A stretch of 64,000 bases of DNA from Moniliella sp. 'wahieum'. Taxonomy: Eukaryota. The translations under genes were made by a program, and so were the position numbers. Of the stretch, positions 12,338 to 25,300 are shown one piece after another. The stretch lies in NCBI GenBank assembly GCA_003971905.1, contig RSEE01000120.1, positions 124,001 to 188,000 of the forward strand, written 5' to 3'. The notes beneath the pieces are model-generated. The model was not told where the DNA came from. It searched no databases and saw nothing but the letters and a program-made list of their open reading frames with translations. Within the stretch, counting starts at the first letter, position 1. Every line of letters begins with the position of its first letter.

Positions 12338-15300
12338 ATGGGTTCGTGGGAGCAACCTGTGCTGTATGTGCGCGAGCCGCGCGGGCGGACGCGCCGGCTG
12401 GCGGCAGTGCTCCTGCCGCTGGTCCTGCTGGCTGGCTGCTTTCCACCAACGGCGCGCCCTCCCTCCTCACGCATAGCCCCATCCGCGCGGGCCATCCCAC
12501 CGCTCCAGGCACCACTACCTCGACCGCTGCTCTCACACAGTTCCGGAATGCGCGTGCCAAGTGCGCCACACCCGTGCACGCGTCGGAGCACCACCCAACT
12601 TTGCCCAGCGCAAGGTGAGCGACCGCTACGATGGCCCTGCCGCCGCCGCCGAACGCGCATCGCCAATGCTACGGTGTGGACTGGCGGTGACGGGCACCGA
12701 AGTACTCTACGGAGCGGACATGTGCTGGACCGTGGCTTGGTCGTGGAGGTAGCCGCGTCAGACGTCGGCCATCAGGCCTCTCGTTGCTCGCGGCGCCGAA
12801 CAGGACGAGCGGCTACAAGATGCTGCGGGTGCCTGGGTTACGCCAGGAATTATTGATGTCCATGGCATATGGGCGTGGACAGTCTTCCGACCTGCTAGTC
12901 TGGAGGACACCAACTCGCGCATCCAGCCTGTGATGCCTTCCTCCGCAGCGGCGACGCGTTTAACCAGCACGATCCTTCAAGCGCACGCAGCCGGGGGCAT
13001 CACCACAGCCCTTATGCTTCCTGGATCGGCACTCAATGTGGGAGGACAAGCATTTACGATCAAGCCAAGGCAGCACCAGAATCATACCCGTGAACGCATT
13101 GCTCGGAGCCGCCATCCACCTACGTGCTTCCAAGGTCAGGATGGTCATGCATCGGCCTTCAATCTTTCTTCGTTCTCCACCTTGGAGGAGGAGGAGGGGG
13201 CCTCGTGGATCAGTGGCTCGAGGACATGGTCTTCTCGTCCTGACGGCAGCGTTGGATTATCGCCACCTCAAAGCCGCTGCGTGAGAACGCACGGCGGGTT
13301 GTTTAAACCCTACAACCGTTGGATGAGCGGTGGGGGTTTCCGCAAATGGCTCGAGCGTGCCGGATTGCCAGGAGTCCCAGGATGCTTTCTGTGTTGCGGC
13401 GGATGAGTTTGCATGACGGCATCCGGGCGCAGCTCCTAGCGATGCAGCTGCACGCTCGTTCCGGAGGACTTGGAAATCGAGGCTCTTGTCGCTGTCCTGC
13501 GCGGCCAAGTTCTGGTCAACACGCATTGCTACACTACCACCGACCTCGACATGTTCACACGCCTCACCCAAGAGTTCAAATTCCCTGTCGCAGCCTTCCA
13601 CCATGCCCACGAAGCCTATCTAGTCCCAGAGGTGCGCATCCTCCTTTCTTCTTTTGTTTGACTTGTGCCCCCCTACCCCCCTCCCTCCCTCCTCCCCAAC
13701 TACTGACCCTTGCACGTCCAGCTTTTAAAGCGCACCTACGGCAAACCCCCGGCTGTGGCCATGTTCTCCACAAACGGTAACTACAAGGTGGAAGCCCTTT
13801 TTGGATCCCCGCATGCAGCCGCGTTGCTCAAACGTGCTGGGCTGACTCCGTTGGCCAAGTCGGACCACCCCGTGACGGATTCCCGCCGCTTGCTGAACCA
13901 AGCGGCTCAGTTCCATCACTATGGCCTGGATGAGGCATCTTCTTTGCAAGCTGTCACTTCGGCTGCTGCTGAGACGCTGGGGCTGGGACATCGGATCGGC
14001 TACCTCAAGCCCGGCTACGATGCTGATGTAGTGATTTGGAACAGTCACCCGCTTCAGTTGGGTGCCACGCCGGCCCAGGTGTACATTGATGGGATTGCGC
14101 AGCTCAAGAAGCCCCATGTGCCGTCCGGTACCTTGCCCCATTCCTTGGCTCAGACTGGTTTGGCCAAGAACAAGGCCTGTTTGATCGTGAGATTGAGCGG
14201 GTGGGCAACTCGACTGGCGAAATTATTGGCTACGAGGCCCATTCGTTCCGCGTGCCCACCCACAAGGTCAAGGTGGTCAGCTTTAAGAATGTGGGCAAGG
14301 TGTTCAAGCGGGATGCGTCAGCCAAGAACGGGATCCGGGCGGTAGACCTCACCCTCCAAACCAATGGGGCCAACCACACGGGCCACGTGATCCTCCGCGA
14401 GGGAGAACTGACCATCTGCTCGGACGAAGCCTGCAGCGACCGAGTCGGATGAAGTGGTGGATCTGCACGGGGGTGCGATTCTGCCAGGACAAACCTCATT
14501 TGGCTCGACGATCGGCTTGTCCGACGTTTCGTCCGAGTACGAAGCGTCTGACGGACGGGTGTTGGACCCCTTCAATCAGCCTGGGTCAATGGTGACCAAC
14601 TTCCGCAGCGCACTGCTCGACTGGCCCGTCTCTCGTGCCGTTGATGGGTTGCAATGGGTGGGAACGAGTTGTTGATGGCCCATGCGGCCGGCGTAACACT
14701 GCCATTGTCCCCCATGGGCTCAGGCTTCCTTCGTGGAATCAGCACCGCCTTCTCTACCGGCGCTGTCAACCGCCTTGAGCCTGGCTCGATCCATCGCGAA
14801 GAGGTGGCGATGCACGTGGCCCTGGACCACTATAGTGGCCCTCCCTCGATCAGTGAGCAGCTCGCCCTGCTCAAAGAGCTGCTCTCGGGTACGAATGGCA
14901 AGCATGACCCAGCCTGGGCCAAGGTCGCCATTGGCGAGTTGCCCTTGGTCGTGCAGGCTGCTCGGGTCCCACATTGCCTCCCTGGTCGAGCTCAAGAAGC
15001 AGTTTCCAGAAATTAAGCTGATCATCACCAATGCCTCGGAAGCATCTGAGGATGGGTTGCCTGAGCACCTGGCTGAGAATGACATTTCTGTCCTTCTTAG
15101 TCCCCGGGTATGGGGCATTCTTTGGGACGAACGACGGGCGCTCGCTGGCCCACCACTGACGAAAGAAACTACTCTTTCTGTTCTTCTCGAGGCCGGGGTC
15201 CAGGTGGGTCTCCGGATTGAGGAGGGGTGGCAAGCGAACAATCTCCTGTGGGACGCAACGTGGGCCGCCAAGTTGACCGACGGTCTACTGGATGAGACGG

Positions 15301-15461
15301 ATGTGGTGGCTCTCTTGACCAGTGGCGTGGACAAGCTGTTTGGCCTGACCTCTCCCTCGACCAAAGACGATTATGTTGCGTTTGCTGGCAACCCCTTCGA
15401 ATATGGCTCAAAGGTGGTTGCCATTGGCAATCTCAACACAGTTGAGCTCTTTGACAATTGA
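12338..15461 (+). CDS. Membrane-anchored tandem metal-dependent amidohydrolase (fungal composite type)
   Basis: N-terminal hydrophobic stretch, IANATVWTG, WVTPGIIDVH, GGITTALMLPGSA, VNTHCY, AAFHHAHEAY, KSDHPV, LGLGHRIGYLKPGYDADVVIW. A second repeat begins DLHGGAILPG. Intron ~13632-13721. Confidence 0.85.
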
Positions 15462-15978
15462 AGCAGCAACTAAGATGATTAATGATCGTCCTTTACTATG
15501 CTGTTCTTCCTTCCCTTGCCCCTTTATTTTTGCCAGTCCATGCTCCAAACCAAGTTGAGCCAGCCAAAGGCGCCAAATGCATTTTCTGCATATTTTCCCT
15601 GTCATGCTATTGGGTAGTGGGGTCTACCTTGAGGAAAAAGTCAATATGATGCGTCGTAGACTGGTGGATGGCGCTGGTACTGACAATGTCGATGGGGTTG
15701 TCCAGGTGGCCATCTGATTTCAGGTGAGCCAGCCTGATGCTACTCGAGGACTTGAGCAAGAAGCATCCGTTCTTTTGCGAACCGGTCCTACTAGTAGCGT
15801 CGAGCGCCTCAGCAACACCAGGAAGGGTCAACGTACGGGTAACCCTGTTTGATGCTACCCGAGTATGTTTGATATGCCTGGCTCACCGAAATGGGTCGGG
15901 TGGTATAATGGACGCGAGGATTACTGGTGTAGCCGGGAAGAACAAAAAAGTCTGCCTCCAAGGGGGATGAACCAAAAA

Positions 15979-16095
15979 GGTTGCTTCAAAGGGGAATCGA
16001 ACCCCTGTCACATTAATGTCTCAAAGGCACTAGGGCTGTCTGGCAACGATCCTTTAGTTCCATATACGAGTACCCATCAAAATCCGCCAACAACC
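15979..16095 (-). ncRNA. tRNA-like element (T-arm/B-box plus oligo-T terminator, no canonical D-arm)
   Basis: Minus strand reads AGGGG-TTCGATT-CCCCT-TTGAAGCAACC-TTTTT. No recognisable A-box or D-arm. Confidence 0.35.
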
Positions 16096-16215
16096 CTACT
16101 GCTCCCTTGCCTGCACGTGACGGGGGGAGGCTGCTGCGCCAGCTGGCTAATAATCGGGCATATCACATCTAAATGACACCTAAGTCGCGTCGACGCGTCC
16201 CTCCACTACCTTACA

Positions 16216-16398
16216 ATGCCCCCCACCCGTGCTCACTGGCGGTGCCCCCCTTGCCGCACCAACGACCACACTCGAGCACAGTGTGCCTTCAATCCGCGCC
16301 GAGAGTTGTGCCGCCACTGCCGGCGCCATGGCCACAGGGCTGCCGACTCCCCACAATGCTTATTTTCGAAGACGGATGACCACCCGACGCGTCTCTGA
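16216..16398 (+). CDS. Small double zinc-knuckle ORF (possible retroelement gag/ORF1 remnant)
   Basis: CPPCRTNDHTRAQC is a perfect CX2CX4HX4C. It is followed by CRHCRRHGHRAADSPQC. Confidence 0.45.
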   Translation: MPPTRAHWRCPPCRTNDHTRAQCAFNPRRELCRHCRRHGHRAADSPQCLFSKTDDHPTRL

Positions 16399-17074
16399 CT
16401 GGCTCAAAGAGGGGCGGTGGTGCAAATAGTAACCGAGGCACAAGGCGGAGTGGTCGAGAGCAATTGAGGGGGGGGGGGGGCAAGGGGGGACAAGAAAGGG
16501 ATCGGTGGAACATGGGAGGGGATGGAGCAAGGATGATCGGTGGATGGCGGGCTCGATCCTTACCCTGGGCCCTACCAGGAGGCTCTCACCCAGGTTGATG
16601 GGGTGCAATCCCTTAGGTGGAGTACTCACGGTAGTTTCAGGTTTGGGCTATTTGGTGGCGTGAATCCGAGGCGGCTGTACGCGTGCCAAGGCTGCGTATG
16701 CGCCGGCTTGGGGGTAGTAACGTGTCTGAAGCGTCCGGGTCTTAGGGACGGGTAGGTGCAGTGGAGGGAAAACACTGCCAGAGCTGAAGCTGGGAAGGGG
16801 CCGTCGACGTAGCTGTGAAAGGGACCCACGCGATATGTTGTGGTAGGGGGAATCGACGCCACTGAAGGAAAGTTCGCGCGACTAGGCGGATGAGGTTGGA
16901 TGATGAAGATGAGGCAGCTAAGTGGAGACGAGAGGTTGCCTGCATTACTCAATCAATTGGCTGGAAACGGTCAGGAGTTGGACAAGAAATGTGGGAAGGG
17001 ACGATAATGGAAGGTGGGATAAAGGAGGATGCTGACTGTTGGATGACCGGTGACCCCTGAGGCAGATGCATGAT

Positions 17075-17208
17075 GAGAGAGAAGGGAGATGAAGCGAGCA
17101 GGGCGTGCGCGCCCTGCGAGCGGAACTCTTCCGCCCGGCTAAGTGAGCGTCACCGATCTACCGAGGGCCGTGCAGGGGAACCCCAGCATTAGGCACTACT
17201 CTCCAACA
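17075..17208 (+). mobile_element. Partial solo LTR, family A
   Basis: Aligns with the distal half of 63474-63816 (GAGAGAAGGGAGATG..GCAGGGCGTGCGCG..GAGCGTCACCGATC..GAGGGCCGTGCAGG) and ends CCAACA. Confidence 0.8.
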
Positions 17209-17588
17209 GAAGCAAGCGAAGGCTGCGAAGGCTGCGAATGCACTAAGAGTATCATCCGATAGCACTTCCTCGTGTAGTATACCAATGAGCCAAAGCGCAT
17301 GGAGTGCGAGCGCAAGTATAGCCAGCACTGTAATTCAACACCCCACCTGTCCGCAGGTAAGAGACGGTGACGTAAGCCATGCTGGCGGTGCACTGCTGTG
17401 CTGCCTGGCGAACCCGCCTGGATGCTCCTGGAGGCTGGTGGTGTCGCTGGGTGGCCGATCGTCGATCGTCTCGGCGGGATGGATGCTCGGCGGCCATCAG
17501 GCTCCGTGTGCTCGCCTCTCCGCCACCGCCACCCCCGCCGCACCCTGACCACTGGTGGCTGGCGTGTCCCCGCCCCGTCCTCCTGCCC

Positions 17589-18985
17589 ATGCTCCCTCGC
17601 TCCCTCGCACTGCTCGCCCCGCCTCCGCGCAGGATACACGCTCGCGCTCTGCACCCTGCCCGCGCCGCGCTGTCCTCGCCGCGTCCCTCGCCGCCTCCTT
17701 TGCCGGTCCTGCCAGCCGCCTACGCCGACGGCCGCTCAGCACCTCCGCCGCTCTTGCGCGGCCCGACACATCGCACCACAGCCACGCCGCCCTCCACCCC
17801 TCCGCCCAGCTGCATGCCACCTACACCGACGCCGATTGGGCTGACCAAGCGCGGGTACGCCTGCTTGCCGTCCCGCTTGCTACCGCCAAGCCTGGCGGCA
17901 TGCCCATCGTGACCTACGTTGCCCAGTCCATGGTGGAGCCTGTGCGGGACCCGGCCGCTCGCAACACCATCCGTGGCCGCCTGGCGCACTACTCGAACAG
18001 GATCCTGGCCAAGGCATCCGAGTTCTGGATTGGGCTTGGCCAGCCTGGTGTCAAGTCGGTGGGAGATTGGAAGCGGAGGACGTATGTGACGGGAGAAAAG
18101 TTGATGGACCGGATCGAGTACCAGGAATGGTCGCTCAAATCGATCAGCCAGGTGATTGGACCTCACTTTGAGGACCTGCTCACCCGCATCTCCAAGACCA
18201 AGGTCAAGCTTGCCTCGGTCGAGGCGGGGCATGTAAGTATTTCTGACTCTCCTCCTTATTTCCACTCCCCCATCCCCACCCCCAGTGCAGAACCACTGAC
18301 ATGCTCTCCGTCCTCCCAGATCCCGCTCCTGTATCCTGCCAAGGGGGAAGCCTACACTTCCTCCTCCGCATTCACGATTGAACCTTCGGTCTTACTCTCG
18401 TCCTTGGCCTCTCTGGCGGAGAAACGGGTGCCGCACCATCGGCGTCTTCTGATCTGGTCTGTGGTTGCCATGCCACTCACAATTCCTGTTGCCATCTTGC
18501 CCGTGATCCCCAACCTGCCCTTCTTCTATCTGTGTTGGCGAGCCTTCTCGCATTGGCAGGCGATGCGCGCGTCGACGCGCATCCTGTTCCTGCTAAGTAA
18601 AGGGCGTGTGGTTCCCACTCCCTCGGCGCAGCTGGAGTATGCATTCAGCGTGGATCCTGATATGCTTCTGGCGCAGCAGGCCAAGAAGGACAAGAAAACC
18701 AAGGAAGAGAAGGATGAGAAGGTGGTGGCGCCCGAAGAGGAGGAAGTGATGGACCAACGTCTCATTCTACAACCCGTGCACATCACCCAGCTCCAACACT
18801 CGTTTGGTCTGGACCACCAATCGGTCGTGGACCTGACCCGGGCACGGACTCAGCTGATCGGATTGCTAGAGCAAGATGATAAACTGTCCTCGTCGGAGGA
18901 GAACAAACACAAGGTCAAGATTGTGCATCACATGCGCGAAATGGCCGAGCATGGCGAACGGGTAGAACGTGAGAAGAAGAAATAA
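17589..18985 (+). CDS. Mitochondrial K+/H+ exchange-related protein (Mit_KHE1 / YDL183C-like)
   Basis: Arg/Ala-rich presequence-like N-terminus, WKRRTYVTGEKLMDRIEYQEWSLKSI, HHRRLLIWSVVAMPLTIPVAILPVIPNLPFFYLCWRAFSHWQA. In-frame 87-nt intron 18233-18319 (GTAAGT..CAG). Confidence 0.85.
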
Positions 18986-19601
18986 TGTCTTCCTGCTCGT
19001 TCTGTCCGTCGATCTTCGAACTTTAGTAGTTGTTACGGTTGCGGTTCCCATCTACCCCCGTTTTCTGTCCTCTGTTTCCCCCTCAAGCACCAAAGCTCGT
19101 GACATTCCAGCAGTATCCATCCATCCATCCATCCATTGCCATCTGCCTTGGTTGTACTAGAAGGAGCACACGGACATAGAATAGAGACCCTCAATCGGTC
19201 TTGTTCTTGCCCCGCGTATAGCAACGTCTCCGCTCGCACTGCGATTGATGTAGAGTGAATAGATCGACAAGCCATCATATATACATCAGCCAAATTGATG
19301 CACCCTCCGACGTCTGTCACATGTCACACGTCACATGTCACGCGCCACGCGTCACGTCCCCTGGTTCCTTTGTCCTTTTTCCTTATCGGGTACCGTTCAC
19401 CGTGATATGTGAGAAAGCGGGAACCCCCCCCCCCCCCCCCGCCGCCTTTGCCTCCATTGTGACTCATGTGACACGTTCTTGAGGGGCGGGAAGGAGTGCC
19501 TAGTGCCTAGTCCCGCTCCCTCTTCCACAATAACTTTCGTCGGTTCCCTTTTCTCGGCCGGTACTTTGTTGGGACACTGTGACTCTAATAGCACTTCGCT
19601 T

Positions 19602-19830
19602 TGTAGCGACGCGTGAAGGCTCTGACCTGGAGACACCTAGTCTCTAAACCACAGACGATCAACGAGTAGTAGTCAAGTAACGAGGTGAGCGAGAAGAAGG
19701 GGAAGGGAGAAGCAGAGGTGGTGGCGAAGAGGACAGAACAAGCAGTGGGACAGGAATGTACGTGTGGCCTGCTGGCCAACTCTAGGGTCTAACTTTCACA
19801 TCTACTAACTTACGAATCAGGCAAGGCACC
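19602..19830 (+). mobile_element. Dispersed repeat family B (LTR-like, starts TGTAGCGAC; 3' end unresolved)
   Basis: Colinear with 63421-64000 (TGACCTGGAGA..AGTCTCTAA..CACAGACGATCA..AACGAGGTGAGCGAGAAGAAGGGGA..TACGAATCAGGCAAGGC) and lacks the nested insertion found there. Confidence 0.8.
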
Positions 19831-20406
19831 CGGTGGGTGACGTGGCAACAGCTTCAAAAGTCCCACCACCCGCGTCCGTCGTTGCCAAAAGACGTGAAGA
19901 GAAGCACTACTAGCATTCCATAGGCACTCCCAATGAAGAAGTGTGCTCATTATCGGTGCAGGGGACTTGTCCTACAGGTACCACGGACACATGAAGGTGT
20001 GTCTTTTTCCGTTCCTAGATGCAGGAGGCCTGGCCTACTGTGACATGTGAGGACTCTCAAAGGGGAAACTGCACAGGTGCTAGTTGGGCCATCCGACACT
20101 GTGTCTCGGTTATTTACCTGCAACAGGGCACTTGTCGAGCTTCATCGATCATCGGCCTTGTGAGGTCTGAGGATTACATACATTCGAAGCACAACTGGTG
20201 CCCCGCCCGTGTAATGAAAATGGAACCTCTTCCGCGGAGGTATAGAAGGGTATCGACCTATCTATATCCAGTTTTCGCCTTCCCCGTGAGAGAGAAACTG
20301 CATCTCAGTTTTTGGTTAAATTGGCGTGGTTCTTGTTGTTCTTCCACGGTCCATTTCGTATTCACCCGAACAGAACTCTTCCTTTCGTCAAGTTCGACCA
20401 CCTCCT

Positions 20407-21443
20407 ATGAAACTCTCAACGATTGCCTTCGCCCTTTCGGCCGTCGGAGTCGCTGTCCAAGCGCTGCCCACGGACAAGAGACTAACCTTTCCCAATGTCA
20501 CCCCATCTGATTCGGTCCAACAAATCGAAACATACATCATGGGATTCTATGCTTCAGCTGCGGAGGCCCTTTTGTCTCCTCCCAGATTGGCTATATCATG
20601 CCGTCGTATACGCTGGCTCAAATGGAGGTGTTTGCCACACACCCAATGCCCAACAAGAACACCGTGGTCGCCACTGATCTCGTCCACGTGAGCTCCAACC
20701 GTGTGCGCTGGTTCATCGAGGCGGAGAACCGTACGAAAGACGACCCCGTGCTCTTCTACCTTCACGGCGGGGCATACGTGTTTAGTATGTTGCCCAACTT
20801 TGCCATCGAATTGCAAAGCATCTATCGATCCGTCGGAAACGACCGTCTCTCTCTATCCTCTGGCTCGATTACAACCTCGCTCCAGGCGCACAGTACCCAA
20901 CTCAGCTCCAGCAAGCCATCGAGATTTACAACCGTCTGTCCCAATCGTGCAACAACATTATCCTCACTGGCGATTCAGCTGGTGCTCATCTCTCTCTTCA
21001 GGTGATGCGCACCTTGGTCCATCCTCTCGCTGTCACCCCATCGATTACCCACAAACCTTCGTGCGTCGGGTTGTTGAGCCCATGGGTCAACTTGTACCCC
21101 ACCCAGACCAATGGCACATGGGCAAGCAACAGACTATATCCTTACACCAAATTTCCTCCGTGAATCAGCGCTCGAGTTCCTCCCGACCTCGAGGCGGTCC
21201 AATCCCCTCTGCAAAACCCATACAAGGATTACATCGACTGGTCAGCCATTCTCCCCTCGTCCGACAACGTCTTTGTCTCGGCGGGTGGGCTGGAGGTCCT
21301 GCTCGACGACATCATCACTTTCGCTAACGTTGCTGGTCTGTCCAACTTCCTCTTTCTCGATACCAACCACGGTCACGACAACATTATGTACGATGTTCTT
21401 CACTCCCCCGTGCTCCAAAAGCCTTTGTTGCCTTCCTACTTAA
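20407..21443 (+). CDS. Secreted alpha/beta hydrolase (HSL-like / Say1-Mug180-type lipase or esterase)
   Basis: Signal peptide MKLSTIAFALSAVGVAVQA, LFYLHGGAY (HGG oxyanion motif), LTGDSAGAH nucleophile motif, LLSPWVNL, GGLEVLLDDI. Frameshifted. Confidence 0.85.
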
Positions 21444-22321
21444 GAAGTGCATACTATGAGGGGAAGCGGATAAATGGGGGCGATACCAGAAAATATCAAC
21501 AGTCAAAGGGCCGACTGGCGTTGCCATGATGGCAAGGATACGCAGAGGAGGGTCGATTGATGGTCGCTCGGGCCATCGGACACACGGTACGACCGCTCCT
21601 CGATCATAAGATTTTTTGGCTGAGACGCCACACTGGTGTAGTGGCACCGGTAGCCCAAGCCCTGAACCTTCGGGCTCATTATTCGCAAAATCATTCCGTC
21701 CTGGAGGGCGGGAGGAGATTCTCTAGCCTCTGCAGCTCATGTGCAATGAATACACTATCAATTGCCGGCTGTCTGGCCTTCTACATTGACTGATGAGTGG
21801 CGGGCCTTCATAGACTGGATCGAATCCGCCATGACCTGGAACGGTACATCACGCTCAACGGGTTCCTCTTGGCCAAATATTGAAGGCGTGTATCAGGCTT
21901 AAAATAAGGTTTAAGGACTGAAACGGCTTTGATCCGTAGTAGTATCTACCAACTGGAAAGATAAAGGAGTGCACATGATATAAGCTTATCCGTGCGCCCA
22001 TCTTCGACGGGGTTTCGCCTTTGTGTGGGCGCAACATTGAGAAGCTAGGAGAGAGGAAGGGATGGGGATTGAAGAGGAGATCATTACAAGAATGCGAGAA
22101 TGACCGAAGCACCCTTCCTTGGGCCGATCTTCCAGGATCCAGTAAAAGTAAACCACACCCGTGCGATATTACTTCAAGTTTATATACTCTAGCTGTGTTG
22201 CAGTGCACAGTTGCATGTTCAAGTAGGCGTCTCGGACGCCCGGTCGCCCGGCTGCAGTGGGCGGACCCACACACACACCACCGCCAACCGAAGCGGAACA
22301 CCAGCCGCATCTCCGGCCCCA

Positions 22322-25300
22322 TCAGTCGTACAGCGCCGCAGCGTCCAACTGGGCCAAAACGGCTTGGTGTCGCTGCAAGTCCGACCACAGCTGTGCGTCC
22401 ACCTCCTCCTCCACATCGGCCCCTGACGCCCTCCCATTCGTCGTCCCATTCGTCGTTCCGCTCCCTTCGCGTTCGCGTTCACATTCGCGTTCGCGTTCAC
22501 GTTTGGGAAGGAGGACGAGGGAGAGAGCATGGTATCCACGGTCGCCCTGCGCTCCGTCGCGGGCGCGGCACCACTCTTGTCGCCAAGGACTTGGCCACCG
22601 GGTGAAGCGGGCGTGCCACGCACAGCGTCCACTACCTCCTCGGGCTCGTACAGTGCTCCAGCGGCACGGTGGGACCAACCCGGCCCGGGGGCGGTAGGAG
22701 GGGAGACGTACGAGGCGCGAACACCGTGGGACGGAAGCGAGGTATGGGCATACGAGGCATGCAACACGCCTGACATGCCTGTGCCCGTGCGCACAAGCGA
22801 ATCGCGTTGGCTCACGCTCACTTGGCTCGCACGACGATGGTGAACGCGTGAGGAACGTTTGAGCAGCCCGGACTGGTCCCCCCAGACCGGCGGGACTGGG
22901 ACCTGTACCACCTAACGTGCCCGCTGCGGCTGTGGCGGCCATGCTCGCCGAACTGGGGGGTAGGCTTGAACGACGATGGCGGCGGGGGGGGTAGAACGGG
23001 GGGGGACGAGCGGAATCGGCGGGGAAAGGATGCGTGGCGCGCGAACCGGGGAACCAGGAACGTCGATCGGTGGTGGAGTCGCGATCCCCGGAGCTCGATA
23101 CGAAGTTGTGAACCTGAAGCTGAAGCTGAAACCACCGACGAAGACGAAGCAGAAGCAGAAGCAGAAGGTGCAGGTGCAGCACTACCCCCAGTAGTAGCGG
23201 CAGGAGCAGCGACAGGAGCAAGAGGGAGTGGCGAAGGGGACGACACCAACGTGCTGGTCGGGACAGGTCCATCGGTCAACACGTACCGTACCATCTCATC
23301 TTCCAGTGGCGACTGCACCATCTTTCATCTCGTCCATGTCCATGGCCTGGGTCGTGGCCACATGCATGCCCTGCACGCTACCCTGCTCCTTGTCCGACGC
23401 TGGTTCGACACGGTACCGCCCCAAGGCTTCCGTCAAAGAGAGGGAGTGAGTGGAGGCATGCGTCGGGGTAGCCATCGCATTCGCCACCGCTCCGCCAGCT
23501 TCTTCTCCTCGACCCTGGTGGGTCCAACGTGCGGATCGGAGGCAAGGCTCGGCGGGCACCCGAACGCACGCCGGTACGGTCGCCGCGCTCACCTGCTCGG
23601 ACGCAGCAGCGCATGGGTCGGCACGAGCGTTCGCAGTACACTGGCCGAGGGCGAACAGGCGTGCAGGCGGTACGTCGAGTAGAAGTGGAAGTGAGGGCGG
23701 AAGGAGACGTCGACGTGAATGGAGACGCAGAAGTGGAAGTGGAAGTGGAGGGAGTAGAAGTGGAAGTAGAAGTGGCAGTCAGGTACGGATCTTTCCGCGG
23801 TAAGGCCGGGGGTTCAGTCTCGGGCCCAGCCTCGGCCCATGCGCCGGCTCAGGCGCGGGCCCAGACGTAAGCCCGACTCGGACGGCGGCTGGGCCACGGG
23901 CACGTCGATAGGCAGCAGCGGAAGATCTCACTCGATCCGATCGGCGTCGCAAACAAGGGCGAAGCTGACGCACTGCTGATCGACCCGTCTCCAAAAGATC
24001 CGGCGGCGCTAGGGATCATATGGGGTTGCCAGTGACGGTGCTGCAGGTGCGGGTGCGCGGGGGTTGGGTGCCATGGAGTCCTCCAACCACTGGGTCGGGG
24101 GGGAAGGCAGTCCGCGCATCCGGCGCAGTCGAGGCAAGCGGGCGGACAGTACGGGGTGGAGTGGAGGTAGCGTGGTGGGACGAAACGCGAACCCGAACTG
24201 AATGCGAATGGGAATGCTCATGCGAATGGGAGTGCGAATGCGACTGGGAGTGCGAATGGGAAACCGAAAGTGAGCCCGATGGTGACGGCGACAAAGGCGC
24301 AGGCAACGGCAATGGCACGGAGGAAGATGAAGTTGACGAGGATCGTGTTGGGCCCGTTGAGTGGACGGTGCGGGCATGGGCCAGCTGGCTTTGGATAAGA
24401 ATCGACTGGCAGCCACAGTCGGCGTCTCAAACGACGATACACTCAGTGCGATGCTTCGGCTTTGGAGGACGAGGAAGGGTACCGCTCTAGCCTCCCCCAA
24501 AGCCTCCACCCCCACCTCCACCCGCAGGAGCACCACCGCCAGAAGCAGGAGCAGGAGCAGGAGTCGTCGCAGTGGGGCCCGAGACGGTGCCCCTTCCGAT
24601 CGACGACGCGCCTGGGGCGCCTTGTGCGAGGACGGGGTGGACCGGGCCAGCGCGGGACCGATCGGGTGCGAAGCGGCGAAGAAGATGCGAGAGCGAAGGA
24701 AAGGAGAATCCGAGTGCGGATGCGCGTGCGGATGCGAGTGCGAATGCAAGTGCGAAAGCGGGTACGAAGGGGAAGACGACTGCGACTGCGATTGCGATTG
24801 CGATTGCGACTGGGAGCGCGAATGTACAGGCGGGGCAGAAGACACGACGGTCGCACGTGCTGCGGCGGTGGCGCTGGGAAGGTACTTGGCACGCAACAGC
24901 TCCGTCGCACTCACCGTTCTCGTACCCGCCGTTGGACGCCGCGGCGACCACCCCGTCCACTGCTGCGATCCCGCTTCCTCTTCTCCTCCTCTTCTTCGTC
25001 CTCCGCTTGTGCTTGTGCTTGTGCTCCCGCTTGCGTCTGCGCATCCGACTCGGCCCGCCCAGCCGACGCACCACGTTCGTCGGACACAGGCCTCGCCCCA
25101 GCTTCGACTTCAATTTGGCTCGTGTCGGTCGCGGCGGGCGAGACCGAGGGCCCCAACGGCGATAAGGGCGAAGACGCCAAGCCACCCGACACGGACCGAA
25201 TCGATTCGCTTGCGTGCCATGCGGCGCGCGACCGTCCCAGCCATCCGCCCGCCGACTCTGACTCGCCCGCCACTACCGTCTCTCCCGTGCCGGCGGTAGG

